Assembly: GCA_028534125.1 (NCBI GenBank)
Contig: CM052818.1
Location: forward strand, 31,436,001-31,500,000
Origin: Lama glama
Taxonomy: Eukaryota
Length of the DNA stretch: 64,000 nt
Direction of reading: 5' to 3'
The notes below the pieces were generated by a model. That model ran no database searches. It was not told the origin of the DNA and saw nothing but the letters and a program-made list of their open reading frames with translations. The translations under genes and the position numbers were made by a program. Positions 49,360 to 62,553 of the stretch are shown piece by piece (position 1 is the first letter of the stretch; every line of letters begins with the position of its first letter).

Positions 49360-50445
49360 TGTTTTCATAGACCTTGTATTCCATTAGAGGAGACAGACCA
49401 TAAACAAATAAGAGACCCAATCATTACAGATTATGATAAATGCAATAGAGAAAAAAACAACAACAGAGGAATAAGACAGAGTGGCTAGGGGAGTTTATTT
49501 TTGCGTAGTCAATGTGTTGTGTAAGGGTATGCTAAGAGAATCAAAATCAAGAGAAGAATGGTGGGAGATGGGGCTAGAAATTGGGTAGGGGCCAGTGTTC
49601 ACATTATGGAAAACATTGTCACATAAAGATGTTTTGACTTTCTCCAGAGAGCCAATGAAGGCTTTTGAGAAAGGCAGCGTGTGGTTAGCTTTGCCCCAGT
49701 GGATGGGACATGCTGGTGGGTGACACCAGATGCAGGAACATCACTGTAGGAGGCTGTCCCTCTATTCCCGTCAGAGGTGAGGACGGCTTCAGCTTGGGTG
49801 ATGGCAGAGGACGAGAGGAGTGGGGAAGTATTCCAGAGCTAGAATCAGCAAGCCTGGGGGTGGTCAGATGTGTAAAGAGAGGGAATGCAGGTTTCTGGCT
49901 TTGAGCCTCGGGGAATGGTGGTCCATCAATTAAGCGAGGGGTCAGATCTGGAGGAAAAGATGGTGAGTTTAAAATTGACTGTGCTGTGTCTGAGGGCCTG
50001 GAAGAACCCCGGCTCTGGAACATGAGAGGGGCTTGAATCAGAAATACAGATGATGGGTCATAAGTGTTGAGGTGGGGTAAAAATCCTGGCAATAGCTGAA
50101 AATTTCCCAGAAGAGAGCGTAGAATGGGAAGAGGAGAGTACCAAAAATCAGAGATGAAGGGGAAACAAAAAATGATGAGAGAGAGAGGTGACCCAGAGAG
50201 AGAAATCATCACTGAAGGGTACTCTTTGTACCAACAGTTCGGAAGTCCTTGGAGAACTTTGCAGATTGCACGAGGGACAGGGGTGAAGCCCAGTTGTACC
50301 CAGAAGAGCAGTCAGTTGGGAAAAGAAGTGGATACAATGCCCGTGGACCAGTCTTTCAAGAAATTTGACCTGGAAGGGAAGGAAACAGATGGAGAAATAG
50401 GTAGAGATGTGGGGTGAATGGAGGCTTTTATTTTTTAAAGAATGG
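49360..50445 (-). mobile_element. L2 fragments
   Basis: ggagacagaccataaacaaataag; gcaggtttctggctt...ggtggtccatc...gatggtgagttt...gtctgagg antisense L2 ORF2/3' patterns. Confidence 0.75.
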
Positions 50446-50459
50446 GAAGTCTTTTAAAA

Positions 50460-51010
50460 AAAAAATGTATCCTGAAATAGTTTTGGATTTCTGTATCTAC
50501 CCATATGTATAGTCAAAACCATAAGTTCATGCTAATACCTCTCAGTTCCACTCTAACACCACAGGGTTCATTCTGGTCTTTGCCCTTTTCTGTAACTCTT
50601 CTCTCCAGGAGCAAGGAGCCTAGCTCTCAGGATCTGCACTGTATTTATGCCGCTCACTTCCAGCGTACGTGTAAAGGAGTTTCAGAATTGCTACCCATGC
50701 TCCCATGGGAAATGTATACACTAGAGGACACCTGTATACAGTTCTTCTTGCCTTTAGCCCTAGAGTATATAGTCAAATGTTGGTTTTCCATCTACTTAGG
50801 TTGGTTATTTTCTTCCCCACCCCCTTCAACACGGTTATATATTCATTTTTAATAGTTAGATTCATTCATTGCTGTCTGTATTCCATTTGTGATTCTATCT
50901 ACATCCTAGTTGATATTATTTCTGTATTACTGGAAGGCATGTGGAGCATGGCCTTGGTTCTAAGAGTCAGAATTATACAAAAAGGACTTCTAAGAGAACT
51001 CTCTCTCCCC
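50460..51010 (-). mobile_element. L1MC/L1MD-like 3'UTR fragment
   Basis: aaaaccataagttcatgctaatacctc...caccacagggttcattctgg; gttctaagagtcagaattatacaaaaagg. Confidence 0.6.
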
Positions 51011-51075
51011 TGTTGACCTAAATGCCTCGTTTTTAAACCAATTTTTTTAAAATTTAATGACTTCATTAAAAAAAA

Positions 51076-51161
51076 TTTTTTAAGGGAGGTACTAGGGATT
51101 GAACCTGGGACCTTGTGCATGCTAAGCATGCATTCTACCACTGAGCGATTGTCTTCTACCC
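51076..51161 (-). mobile_element. tRNA-derived SINE (Vic-1-like)
   Basis: ggaggtactagggattgaacctgggaccttgtgcatgctaagcatgcattctaccactgagc is the reverse complement of the 17811 family. Confidence 0.9.
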
Positions 51162-51789
51162 AGGAATCTTAAATTTGTACACTGAGTAGCAGAACCCAAA
51201 AGAAATGGAAAATGGAAGCTGCAGTTGAGAGAAAAGGGTTCTTGATGGAGAAAGTCTCCTATAAAAGGCAGACCCAGGGCAGATGTGGGCCAGTTTACAG
51301 GCGAGGAAAAGACTGGAAGTGGAGGGATTTTGTGTTTGGCGACATTTCTTTCCTCAGTAAAAGAGGAGGAGCGACCATCTCCTGAGAACTAAAGTGGGGA
51401 AGGAGACGGCAGGGTGGAGAGAAGGCGGCTGTGGTAGGCAGGGCAGAGTAGGGGCGAGGAAGGCTGATGTCAGGGTCTATCCAGGGAGGGACTCTGTAGG
51501 GCGTGTGGAGGAAGCGGCGTGTGAGGATGGCTGCTGAGAGGCTCGTTCCTGGGGTCTGGGCTGGATCAGGACTGAATACCGGTGGAGGTAGGGGGAGATT
51601 AAAAGATAGCCTGGTGGGAAGAATAAAAGGTGTGGTTGAAGAGGTGAGTGTATTTATTTTAATTCTGGGAGTGGAGCAGCTCAAAATAACAAAATTCATT
51701 CATTCTACAAAGATTAAGTCTATATGCTTTGCCAGACACTGTACTTAGTTGGGGACACAGCACTGCCTTCTTGGAGCTAATATTCCGTT

Positions 51790-52010
51790 CTATTAATAAT
51801 ACTACGTATGGAGTCCTGTCTATGTGCCATGTGTTGTATTAGCTCTTTAATCCCATAGCACACGACGCAGGTTCTAATATTATTGTATATGGAGGCGCAG
51901 AGTGGTGATTTGACTTGCTCAAGGTTATACAACTTGCAAATAGCAGAACCAGGATTCAAATTCAGGCAGACTGGCTCCTGAATGCACACTGTGAACCACG
52001 ATGCTAAAGT
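51790..52010 (-). mobile_element. MIR SINE
   Basis: tgacttgctcaaggttatacaacttgcaaatagcagaaccaggattcaaattcaggcagactggctcc. Confidence 0.85.
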
Positions 52011-52889
52011 GTAGGGGTAGACTTGGATGCCTGAAGTGGAGAGGAAGGTGTCAATCAACTGGGAGACCAGGGAATTATGAAAGTCAACCGCAGGTGTGCA
52101 GAAATCAGCCAGGATTGGGGCGGGAATTGGGGCAAAGAGGGAGACTGTGAGTGAGGTGTCAGCTGAGAGGGTCACGGTTTCCTCATCCCTTGTTCCACAG
52201 TCCTCTCAGCCCTGAGGACAAGCCAAGCCAATCCTTAGCTGAAGGTAAAGCTCTATGCCACATTTGTCAATAGAGATAAGACTTGAATCCAGTAATTCTC
52301 AGACTCAGCTTTGGGACTGCTTTGTCCTTGTGTCCCTCTGACCTGGACCCTCTACCTGTCAGAATCAGGTTGGCCTTAGCCCCCTCAAGGCATGGGCTTG
52401 GGTTCCTAGGAGCAGTTTCAGGATGAGCAGATGGTAATGACAACTGGAAAAATTCACTTGAGTTGACCTCCCAGTCTCAGGCCTACTTCCTGGGCCCATC
52501 CCCACCTGCCAGCCACCATCAGGATCTAACCTGACTCCTGTGCGCAAGCCTTCCTGAGTGGGCCCATTTAGGTGTCACATGAGTGCTGAATGCGAGACTC
52601 CCAGTGGCCTGCAAGAGCATCTCAGAGTGAAAAGGTTTAGGAAAAAATACAGATCTAGAGGCCCATAGATACTAGACACTTGTTCCCCAGTTGTTAGGAG
52701 AGACCAAGGTGGGACCCTGGGAAAGTTACCACTGCTGCCTCGTCTTCCTCACCTTGGGGCCATCATCCCTCCCTTTCTGAGCACTTTTGGACTGATTTGT
52801 ACTCTGGCGCTTCAACACTGATGAGGCAACACTTTCTGCATCTGCTTTACCTGCTCTGTAGACCTGCTTTCTTCTGCACCTCTAGGTTT

Positions 52890-53180
52890 GCCCTGCCCGG
52901 GTCTGAGCTTTCCCTCACACGGGTCAGCTTAAACATTCCTTGCTCTGCAGAACCATTCCTGACCGGTAACAGGATTGGATGCACCTACTGTGTGCTTCCA
53001 CGTCAGCGGAACTTCCCTGACCTCACCCACATCAGTCTCCATTGTAATCCCTGGGCAAATATCCTTCTTCTCCACTAGGCTGAAAGCAGCTCAAAGGCAG
53101 GGCCAGGGAGTGTCCGTCTCACCATCATTTCCCCAGCACTCCACATATGGGGGCTCAGTGTACTTTTAGACGAATGAACT
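52890..53180 (+). mobile_element. L2 3' end
   Basis: ctccactaggctgaaagcagctcaaaggcagggcc...tccccagcac...ctcagtg...gaatgaa. Confidence 0.7.
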
Positions 53181-53201
53181 GCATGTATGCATACATGCAT
53201 G

Positions 53202-53239
<38 letters not shown>

Positions 53240-53246
53240 TGTGTGT
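53180..53246. repeat. Compound (ATGC/ATAC)n + (TG)n microsatellite
   Basis: Direct reading; long uninterrupted TG run. Confidence 0.95.
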
Positions 53247-55429
53247 AAGGAGGACTCCGGGTGTGAGTTTCCATAATTCTGAGAAATTCTGCCAGCAGAC
53301 AATCCCCCTCATCCTTCCTTTTATTTAAAGCCAGTAATCCCCCACAGGACATGAGCTTTACCCTGGAGTCGCCCTGTGGCAGCTCAGAGTCTCAGGAAAG
53401 ACACAAGGGTTGTGCTTGTCTGTTTTCTCTCCTTTCCCTGGAGAAGTTCCAGGACAGCCCTCCAGGGGCTGGTGCTTCTCAGCCGGTACTGAGACAGAGG
53501 AATGAGGCTCTGCTGGGGAGGTTCAGGGGACGCGCTCACTCCACGAAACCTGGAGCTGAGCGGCCGCTCCCCATTGGCACTGTTTGTGTCTCTTCCTGCT
53601 TCCTCCCAAACAGCTCATCCCAGCTGGATCATAAACAAGAGAACAATATAGTCACATATTTATAGTCTCTGTGAATCACTGGTGACTAATTTTTCCCATT
53701 TAGTAACCCCAAATAGTTTTTCTCTTTAGGCTCCCCAGGAGGGCACAGACCAGCCAATCATTGAGATGACAACACATATTTTTATTAAAAAAAAAAAATC
53801 CCCTTCTTAACATGGGCCAGAAGGTTTGCAAATGCAAATGTTTAACCAAACAATGACTAGTTTTCTTTCTTTAAAAGTGACATTTTTATCTGTACCCAGT
53901 GCAGGAGAGTCAAAGAACTCTTCCCACTGAATCCTTCAACTGGTGAGGATTTTCCGAGGCTCTACAGTCTGTTCTAACACTCAGGGAAATTTAAAAAATA
54001 AAACAAACTACTCTCTCTCCCTCAAAACCAAAAAGCTCTCAGAGTGAAAGGTATGTCTCCTATTTTTTCACTATGTTTGCTGGCTGGGTCTCCCTAGCAA
54101 AGAAATGGTCTTCCAGTATTTTGGTTACATATTATTATGTTCCATTTAGTAAACCCAATTTACAAAAGGAGGCAGAGGCAGCCAGTTTCCAATGCCCCCA
54201 GTGTCTCTGACATGTTCTCATTTAATACGAATTGCTCCCTGTAAAATTTGGCCTCCTGATTTTTGTTTTTCCATGATCAGCATTCTTCACTGGCCCCATC
54301 ACTCATGCCTATCTCAGATAATTTATTGCCTTGTCTCTGAGGAATTTATTTCCATGGTGCATTTCTAGAAAACTCATTCAACTCCTAAATCAAACAATGG
54401 AGGGATGGAGGATTTGAGGGCTGGGAGAACGGGCTGGAGAGGAGATCTGGGGTGAGAGGAGAAAATATTTGAGGATGTCGTTTAACCAGAAAACAAGATT
54501 TTCTGCCTTCAGCATTTCTAAATTGCTGAGAAATCAATTGACAAAGGTGTTTGGTACAGGAGCAAGCGTGTGGCTTGGAGATAGCCCATGTGTGTGTGTC
54601 GACGTGAGAGCAAATGTGTAGTGAGGAAGCATGCCAGCTAAGTGCTGGGGCCCAGGCAGACGAGGGAGGCTGGGGGAAGGGCTGGGAGGCCAGTGGATTT
54701 CTGGAGGACAGACAGGCTCTGGGAAGCCTTGGTCTCCTCTGACCTGGCTGAGGTCCAATCACAGCACAGGGCTTACACCTTTCCCCTAAAGACTCTGGCT
54801 GGGCCTGCCAGACTCTCACGAGTCCCCATTGCAGTGAGCATGCTTGCAAAATAACTTCAGCTGGCAATCTTTAATGATTTGAGGCATGCGATGTCACTTT
54901 GCCCTGGAGAGCTGAACCCTGTTACTTGGGATTTGAGTAAGTTCCTTGCTCCCAGAAGTGAATGACTTTTCACCTCTGGATCACTCCCCAAGGCATGTTT
55001 GGACCATGGAACCAGGCAGGCTTCAAGGAGCCAGGTCTTCCTGCTTGCCAAGTGAGATTTGCCAGTGCTGATTTTACACATTCCTATTAGTTTTTAACAA
55101 GTATTTTGTCTTAGCTATAAAATTGCAACTGTGGGGACCATAAACTAACCGATCACGTGATTGGCAGTGCCTGCTCTAATTTTCTCAGGGTCTCTGTGTA
55201 GAACTAAGTTCCCAAACCTTTCCTTTACCCCTATCCTTGGTCAGTTACTTCACAAGTATTCATTGAGCACTTACTGTATGAAAAGCCATATCTATGTATA
55301 GATACGGTAGAAGGCGTGAAAAAGGCAGAAGCCTTCTCTTACGAGTTGAGATTGGAAAGGAATAAGCAAACGAACACTAAGCAGTTGACTCCAGCAAACC
55401 AGGCGCATTCACTCACTGGCTGCTGGCAC

Positions 55430-55850
55430 CCTCCTACCTCTCAAGCCTCAACTTCCTCCACCCCATTGCCCTCTGTATTCCAACCATCAACTGCTCTCAT
55501 TTCCCAGCAGGTGATGTCCTCTCTCTGGTCACTGATCATTCATACCTGCTGTTTCCTGGCTTATATCACCAGTCTCTTCTAAAGTGTCACCTTTTCCAGA
55601 CAGTCTTCCTTGACTAACCCTAACTGCCTCTCTCCCTACCTGCCCACCCTGCCCTGCGTTCCTAGACACCCATATGCTCCCCAGGTCACAGCATCCATCA
55701 CACTCCATCGTTGTTGCTTGTGTTTCATTGTAACTCTGGCAAGCACTATGAGGGCGGGGCCTGCATCTGTCTCAGTCATCACTGTGCTTCCAGTACCCAG
55801 TGCAGTGCCTGGCTGGCATAAAAGGGACCCAATAAAGATGTCCTGAAGGA
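55430..55850 (+). mobile_element. L2 3' end
   Basis: aagcactatgagggcggggcctgcatctgtctcagtcatcactgtgcttccagtacccagtgcagtgcctggc. Confidence 0.75.
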
Positions 55851-57079
55851 GGGAAAAAACCTTCCCCCAGGGCAGATGGAGGCAGGCTCTGTAGCAGCTC
55901 ACTTCATGACCCACCCTGCTTTGGAGAAAGCCTCCACTATTATCTTACGCACTTTGAATTCAAGATGGTGACAGCACACTTCTCCATACCCTGTGGCTTC
56001 CGGAGTACCAGACTAGTCTTCCCTGAGCCTGGATATGTCAAGGCTTTGGGCATCTCACAGCCCAGCTATTGGCTCACCCTGTAACCAACCCTCTATGAGT
56101 TTTCAGAATTAATCATGAATCTTTAGATCTGGGGACTGGTCACAGCCTGTTGAGTTCAGGGACTCCAACTGGTATCTGTCTTCCCAAAATATTGGCAAGC
56201 CCCTCACCTTGCCTCACCCAGTATCTCATTTTTGACCTGTTTGGACCAAGTGTACAACTCTTGTCTTCTTTTCTCCCAGCCAGTGGGCAATCACATTTGT
56301 TTGGCAGGAAATGGTGACTATAAGCCGGGAGACGTTGGTTTTAGTGGAGTTTCATATCTCTGCCATAGTTACTTGGGGACACCTCACTATCTTTGGAATC
56401 TATATTCACACACACATACACACACACATTTACGAATGTTCACGATGGTATTGGTTACAAAGGCCTGGACAGTAGGGCCATGTGACACCAGGGCAGGGAT
56501 TGGGGTCTTTGGGATAAACACTAGGAGTGGGGACAGCTAGCAGCCAAAGGTTTGAGCCAGGCTGGAGAGAATAAACACTGCTTGAAGGCCAGAGGTAAGG
56601 CCCCTGTGGCCTGGATGGCTGCCTGGAACACCAAGTAGCACTTGGCAAGCCAGTAGGGGTGTGCTCCTGGGTGGATCAGGCTGGTTCCATTGGCTACCGG
56701 CAAGGTGTATCAAACAGGACAAAGTTCATGTTCTCAACAAGCTTGAACCACCATGGGTGGAAGAAGAGTTGCGGGCATAAGCAGTCATATAAGATCTGAG
56801 GAGCACCATCTTGGTTTGGGGGAGCTTTTCAGAAGGTGGTAGCATTTTCAAGGAGCCTCAGGGTTGGAGGTTAGATAAAGTTTGCCCAGCTGAGGTTGGA
56901 GGGGGAGGCAAGTCAGCAGAGTTGAGCCATGAAGACAAGGCTGTGCTCCGTTGGCTGGAGGTGAGGCTGGGAGGGGACTTAGACCTGTTAAACCTGCTAT
57001 GCGCTAGATCTTGTGCAAGAATTCACTTGTAGTTACTTTTTTTAAAAAATCAAAATTGATATGCTCATAGTACTTCTTA

Positions 57080-57200
57080 GAATTCGCACCACAGCACAAT
57101 AAGAAATGAATGATTAACTCTATTTTAGAGATGAAGAAACTGAGGCTCAGAGAGATGATGGAAATTTGCCCACAGGCCCGTGAAGTTACATGTAGGAGAG
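57080..57200 (-). mobile_element. MIR SINE core
   Basis: ctattttagagatgaagaaactgaggctcagagag...tttgcccacagg. Confidence 0.8.
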
Positions 57201-59355
57201 TGATGGAAGAAGAAAGCTGGGGCGGGCCGTCCAAAGGAAGACTTGAAAGCCCGGGTGAAGGGTTTGTACTTTGTACTTACTTTAGAGGGTTTTGATTATT
57301 TGATTTCTTTTAGGATACCAACAATTTCATATGACTGTCAAAGGCATTTCAGAGCCTAGGACCAGTTCTGACCCTTTGCCCAGCCTTTCTGGGGGCTTTG
57401 ATATGTGGAGTGTTCATTCTTTCCCACTCAGACACTAAATGGCTAGTAGTCTTCAAGGAACCAGACAGTCAAGATACCCAGTGCTTGACTTTAGAGGCTC
57501 AAGGCCTCAATCCAGGTATGAAAGAGGAAACACAAAAAGAAGAGGGGATATGAGATATGTAAAATCTTTTCTTTTTAAATACTCCTCCCTACCTCCTACC
57601 CCCAGACCAATACCCTCTAACCTGGAGAAGAGGAAGAGAGTTTGGAGAGTTAGATACACCTCCAGGGGCCAGTCCTTTTCCGAGTCCTGGGGTGGGAGAG
57701 ACGACAGACCAGTCTAAAGGATGGAGTCCAGGCATAGCAAGCACCTGTGCCTCACTTCTCCAGGAGACCAGGAAGGCTGGTGAGCCTCAGGGAGTCCTCT
57801 CAGCCACCCTGGTGAGGTACAGAGAAGCCCAGTGTGGTGTGTCCAGGCAGAGAACACCCCCATCCCCCTCTCATCCCACACCCTGCTCCCCATCCCCTGC
57901 ACACACAGGTTCCTTGAGTCTCCTGCACGGGGAGTGGAAACGAGCCTGGAGAGTAACCACAAGGAAGCTGCAGGTCTGCAAGGGGGGCCTTTGGCAGGAG
58001 CGAGGGAGGATGTAGTAGGACAGAGCACCCGACTGGGGCAGGAGAGGCATGTATACCAGCTTGGGGTGGGGGGCATGTTTGAGGACCAGACAGGGGCACA
58101 TTCTATCTCAAAGGAGGACTTGGGGCAGATTGAGCAGAGGTGTAGCCTCCCTCTCTCCACAGATATGGTGGATCCTGTTCCTGGCATCAACTCCAGGGAG
58201 GGAATGAGGATGGAAATCCTGAATTTAATAGAGCTGAATGCTGAAATGATTGAGAGAATGACTCAAGGGACTGAGTTTCCTGGAAGTAATGACACTACGA
58301 TTTCTGCATCAGCCAGAAAGGGGGCTTGAGATAGAAAATAAATCCACTTACAGAAAAATGAAGAAAATTGCATTGTACACACCAGTCTTCTGCCTGGAAA
58401 AACCAACTCATCTGCCTTTACCTCTTGCCTACACCTCTCTCCATCTGCCCCTCCCCTCGCCCCATCCACTTCAACATGTTGACCTATGGCTCCTGTTAAT
58501 GGGAGAACTGTGAGCCTTGCAAGAAAACGGGAATTTATAGTCCCAAACAGGAACCTTAGTGATCGTTTTGTCCAACCCCTTCCATTTTGCCAATAAGGAA
58601 ACTGGGGCCCGAGGAGAAGACCTGACTCACATGGGGTCCCAGTGCAGCCAAGTGATGAGCTGAGAAAACTTGGTTCTTAAGATTTTCCCACCATGTTTTC
58701 TACACCAGCTCCTGTCCCTGTGGGTCTCCCAGGTGGGCAGACCACTCCACGGCCCCTCCTCACCCCACCTCAGTCTTGCCCCACCGCCATGGCCCACGTA
58801 CAGCCCTCTCTGCGCTGGGGCACGAGCTGCCCAGGCTCCCCAGCTGCATGGGTGACCCGGAGCAGCTGGGGCGGGGGTGGGGAATGGGGCACGAGGGGAG
58901 CTGCCCAGCACAGTCTTATGCGTGACCCTCCTGCAAAATGACCTCTTGGCCCCGGAACAAAGCACTTTTCCAACACACCATGGATCATGGCTTGTGGGGG
59001 CCGACGTGACACATGCCGGAGATTCTTTCCAAGCCACAACTGCTCCTGAGCCATGGCAGCCGGTTTCTGCCTGCCGGGGCCTGTGAGCTCCCCCCAGGCT
59101 GTGCTGGAAGGAGGGAAAGTCTGAGACCTCACTGAGTTGGGCGCCCTGGCTGCCAGGAGACCACCCTGAACCTTGAGAACTCAGGGGACCCGGCAGTTGG
59201 GCCTGCCTGCTGTGAGGGTCAGCTCTAAATCAACGCCAACCTTGCAAAGAGGGAAAATGCCGATGCTGGGTTCACTCTGCCAGCCTGGGGCCCGGGGCTC
59301 TTGCTCACTGTCCTCATTTCATCCTCACAGTCTAGTGGGCAGTTATTATTACCTG

Positions 59356-59462
59356 CTTTTTATTTATTTTTATTATTTTTATTAATGGAGATACTGGGGA
59401 TTGAACCTAGGACCTCATGCATGTTAAGCATGCACTCTATCACTGAGCTATACCCTTCCCCC
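59356..59462 (-). mobile_element. Vic-1-like SINE inserted in a MIR
   Basis: T-rich tail + ggagatactggggattgaacctaggacctcatgcatgttaagcatgcactctatcactgagctataccc; TSD-like attattacct (59345-59354) / attatcacct (59463-59472); MIR core resumes ttttcagagatgagaaaaac. Confidence 0.92.
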
Positions 59463-60977
59463 ATTATCACCTTTTCAGAGATGAGAAAAACGAAGTTTGA
59501 AAAGGTTCAGTGACTTGGCCAAGTTTTCAGGGAGAGGATCTGGGATTAGAAATAAGGTGTGCCTCACTCATTGGATACTGTGGCCTTTCAAGGCAGATCC
59601 TTGTGTGTCTTTAGCTGCAAGCCAGCCTTGGCCACACTTCAGAGGCTCCCTGAGTCTCTCTCCCAGGAATCTCTTAGGAGTCCTTCCTACCAGAGTCTGG
59701 GGTGTAGGAAGGGAGTGTAGTATTCCCCTCCCGAAGCCTGGGTGCTATATGAACAGCCCAGCCTAACAGTTCACGCTGGGAGTCAGGACACTCAGGCACT
59801 GGGCTTCACCTCTCATGGGCTGTGTTCCCTGACCATGAGCTTCTCTCCCAAGGAGGCTGTTCTCTAGGCAGTGATGGGAACTGGTTCTCTGGACCTCTCA
59901 TGTTAGGGATGTTTGAAGTTGTGAGCACAGCAGCTCTGTATCAGGAGCAACAGTCAATGAAGGTTGATCACCAATGAGCAGAGCTTAATGCAGTGAATAC
60001 CCCTACAATGAGGTCAGTTTTAAGAGGATTGAATGACAAGCATAGTCAATATTCAGCTATACAAAAATTAGGCCTAAATGGTGAGCAATTTCTGAAATTG
60101 ACTGTATGTTCCTTTCATACAACTCAGCCAACTTTTTACTTTTTCTCTCCTCACTTAATTGGCTCTTTAGTTACAATCTGTACTCAGGGTTGATAGTTTT
60201 CCATGGTGTTACAAATAGTTTTATCCTCCTTCTACTCCATCCTTACACTCCCATACACATGATACCCACATTAAACCACAGGAAGAGGTTGGCACTTCCG
60301 CTCTGTAATAACAGGGCCCTCTACAGCCTTTCCCGTGATCCAGGGATGACGTTCCTGGGTCTTCCTGTTAAGCTTATCAATGATTCTAGCTTCTTCTGCC
60401 CACACCATCCGCCCTCCACACACACTCGCTCTCTCACCCACATGCATACACACACGCCTGAGCATGCCTTCTGACATGGGAAGAATCTTTAAAATGCTGT
60501 TTATTCTCCACCCCAAGCTTTGGGTGCTATGTGGCTCCAGGGGCAGAACGTGGGCCCCGAGGCTCTGGCAGTCCTGGCGGTAGGGTCACAGGTTGGAAAG
60601 GTCCCCTGCATCCTCCCTCCAGGTCCTCAGCTGTGTCTGCTCCTGTTCCCTGAAGGGTGAAGGTGTCTTACAGTGACTAAGTGGGTCCAGAGCTTGGCTC
60701 ACTGGTGGCCTGACTCAGAGAGTAGCAGTGCGTGGTCCCCCTGTGACATCCTGCTGTGAAGGATGCTGTTCCCTGTTTCCGAGGACCTGCTCTAATCCCC
60801 AGGCAGGCAGAGGAAGTAAGGAAAAGGAAACAACCCTGGGGTTTGTGTAAGAGCCTGGCCCCTGGCCCCCAGCCTGTGGGACAGCTTCCCTGGGCCCCTT
60901 CCACTCCCCAGGAGCAGAGCACACTGTGGAAGGGCCCTCCTGGTCCAGGCCAGAGAGCAAAGGAAAGGTAATTTTGG

Positions 60978-60993
60978 CACGTGCTAAAAATAG
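60978..60993. promoter_or_regulatory. E-box CACGTG abutting MEF2 site CTAAAAATAG
   Basis: Exact motif matches (60978-60983, 60984-60993); function untested. Confidence 0.45.
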
Positions 60994-61599
60994 GCCCTGC
61001 GGTTATTTTAGAGCTGTTTTGCTTGAATCACAGAGGCAAATCTTGGATTTTGCTCAGACTTGCTGTTGGCCCCAGGAGTCTGTTCCTCCTCACACCCTCC
61101 AGTCCCATGGAGTTCACAGGGTTCTAACTAGGACCCGCAGTCATTCTACACTCAGGCCCTGCACATACACACGTAAACACACAGAACTGAAAGTATCACG
61201 AATGGTTCTTCCCTTTATCAGGTACAAGCACTCTACTTTCTATCCTTTGCTAGTTCATTTGTTTAAACTCCTGGTTATGGCCTGCTCACTACTGAGTAGC
61301 ACCCACAGGTTGAAAAACATTCATCAATCTCCCCTTCCTTTTTCTTTTCTCTGATGCTATCACTAATCAGGCACATGGCTTTATCCAAGTCACCTAAACT
61401 TTATAAAGCCTTTGTGTTTTTTTTTATCCATAAAAAGAGGGTCAATATCTCCTTGATTCCCTGAAGCTGTGTGATTTGGTCACAGTCTTTCTTTAAAAAT
61501 AATCACCTGTGGCATTTCCCGGGAAGGCCCCCTTTGGGACTCAAAATGTCAAGTTCAAATCAAAAAGGGGTTGGTGTCTTCCCTCCCTGGTCTAGCTAT

Positions 61600-62030
61600 G
61601 GCTTTGTGGTAAAAAGCCGTGTTTGGAGACGGGCAGATCAAACCCCAGCTTCCCACGGGTTAGCAGTGTGGCTTCCCTGACCTTGCTGTGCCTGTTTCCT
61701 CAAGTGCAGATGAGAACGATCATGTCCCACAGGTTGTGGGGTTAAACAGGACGTGGCAGGGCAATCCTCACCATTCCTCCCCTCCCCTCCCTTCGTCTCT
61801 CAGACTTACTCAACTTCTTTGTGAAAGAATTTTCTCCACACCACCTCCTCCATCTAGAGCTTTACAGTTTGCCGAGCATGTTTACCTTGGGCCACAAGAA
61901 ACCTGTGGTTTGGCGGGGGAGGTAAGATGCCCATTTTGTAGATGAGGAAAAGGAGATGAAAGTGACGTGTTCAAGGTCATTCAGTCTTAGAGGCTGGAGG
62001 CTCAGAGCCTCTCATGCCAGAGTCGCTCGG
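61600..62030. mobile_element. Two MIRs in opposite orientation
   Basis: Plus core gcctgtttcctcaagtgcagatgag ~61690; minus core cccattttgtagatgaggaaa ~61930. Confidence 0.7.
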
Positions 62031-62259
62031 TTCCCTGCAAACCTGTTAGCTTAATGAGTTGAGTCACCAGGCAGATCTGACTTCACACAGGTGTGAGTTA
62101 TTTTTGTGGATGTTTGCCAAACATGGCTTACAACAAGCAAGGAAAAAGTTTTGGCTCATTCTGACCTTTGCTCTAGTCTCCAATCATCGTGTTTGCTCAC
62201 TTACTTGTAGTGTTTTCCCTTACCAAAATACATGCTCTCTCTGGGCAAAGACCATCTTT

Positions 62260-62553
62260 GCCAGACATAGAGAACAAACTTATGGTTACCAGGGGGAAAG
62301 GGGGTGGAAGAGGATAAACTGAGGGTTCAAGATTTGCAGATGCTAAGTGCCATATATAAAATAGATAAACAATAAGTTTCTTCTGTGTAGCACAGGGAGC
62401 TATATTCAATATCTTGTAGCAACCTACAATGAAAAAGAATATGAAAAGGAATATACGCATGTATATGTATGACTGAAATGTTATGCTGTGCACTAGAAAT
62501 TGACACAACACTGTAAACTGACTATACCTCAAATAAAAAAAATCTTAAAAAAA
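62260..62553 (+). mobile_element. Young L1 3' end inserted in an L2 tail
   Basis: agacatagagaacaaacttatggttaccaggggg...gactatacctcaaataaaa + poly(A); TSD aaagaccatcttt (62247-62259) / aaagaccatgttt (62554-62566); L2 end gtgtctggcacagta follows. Confidence 0.92.

Noticed and set aside
49685..50212. Longest ORF (175 aa)
   Set aside because: Lies within decayed L2; Pro/Ser/Leu-rich composition reflects base skew
51260..51267. TATAAAAG
   Set aside because: Lies in purine-rich, probably L2-derived sequence with no other promoter features
8121..62070. Many AP-1 heptamers (TGACTCA/TGAGTCA) across the window
   Set aside because: The count seen by eye is not clearly above expectation for 64 kb of mammalian DNA
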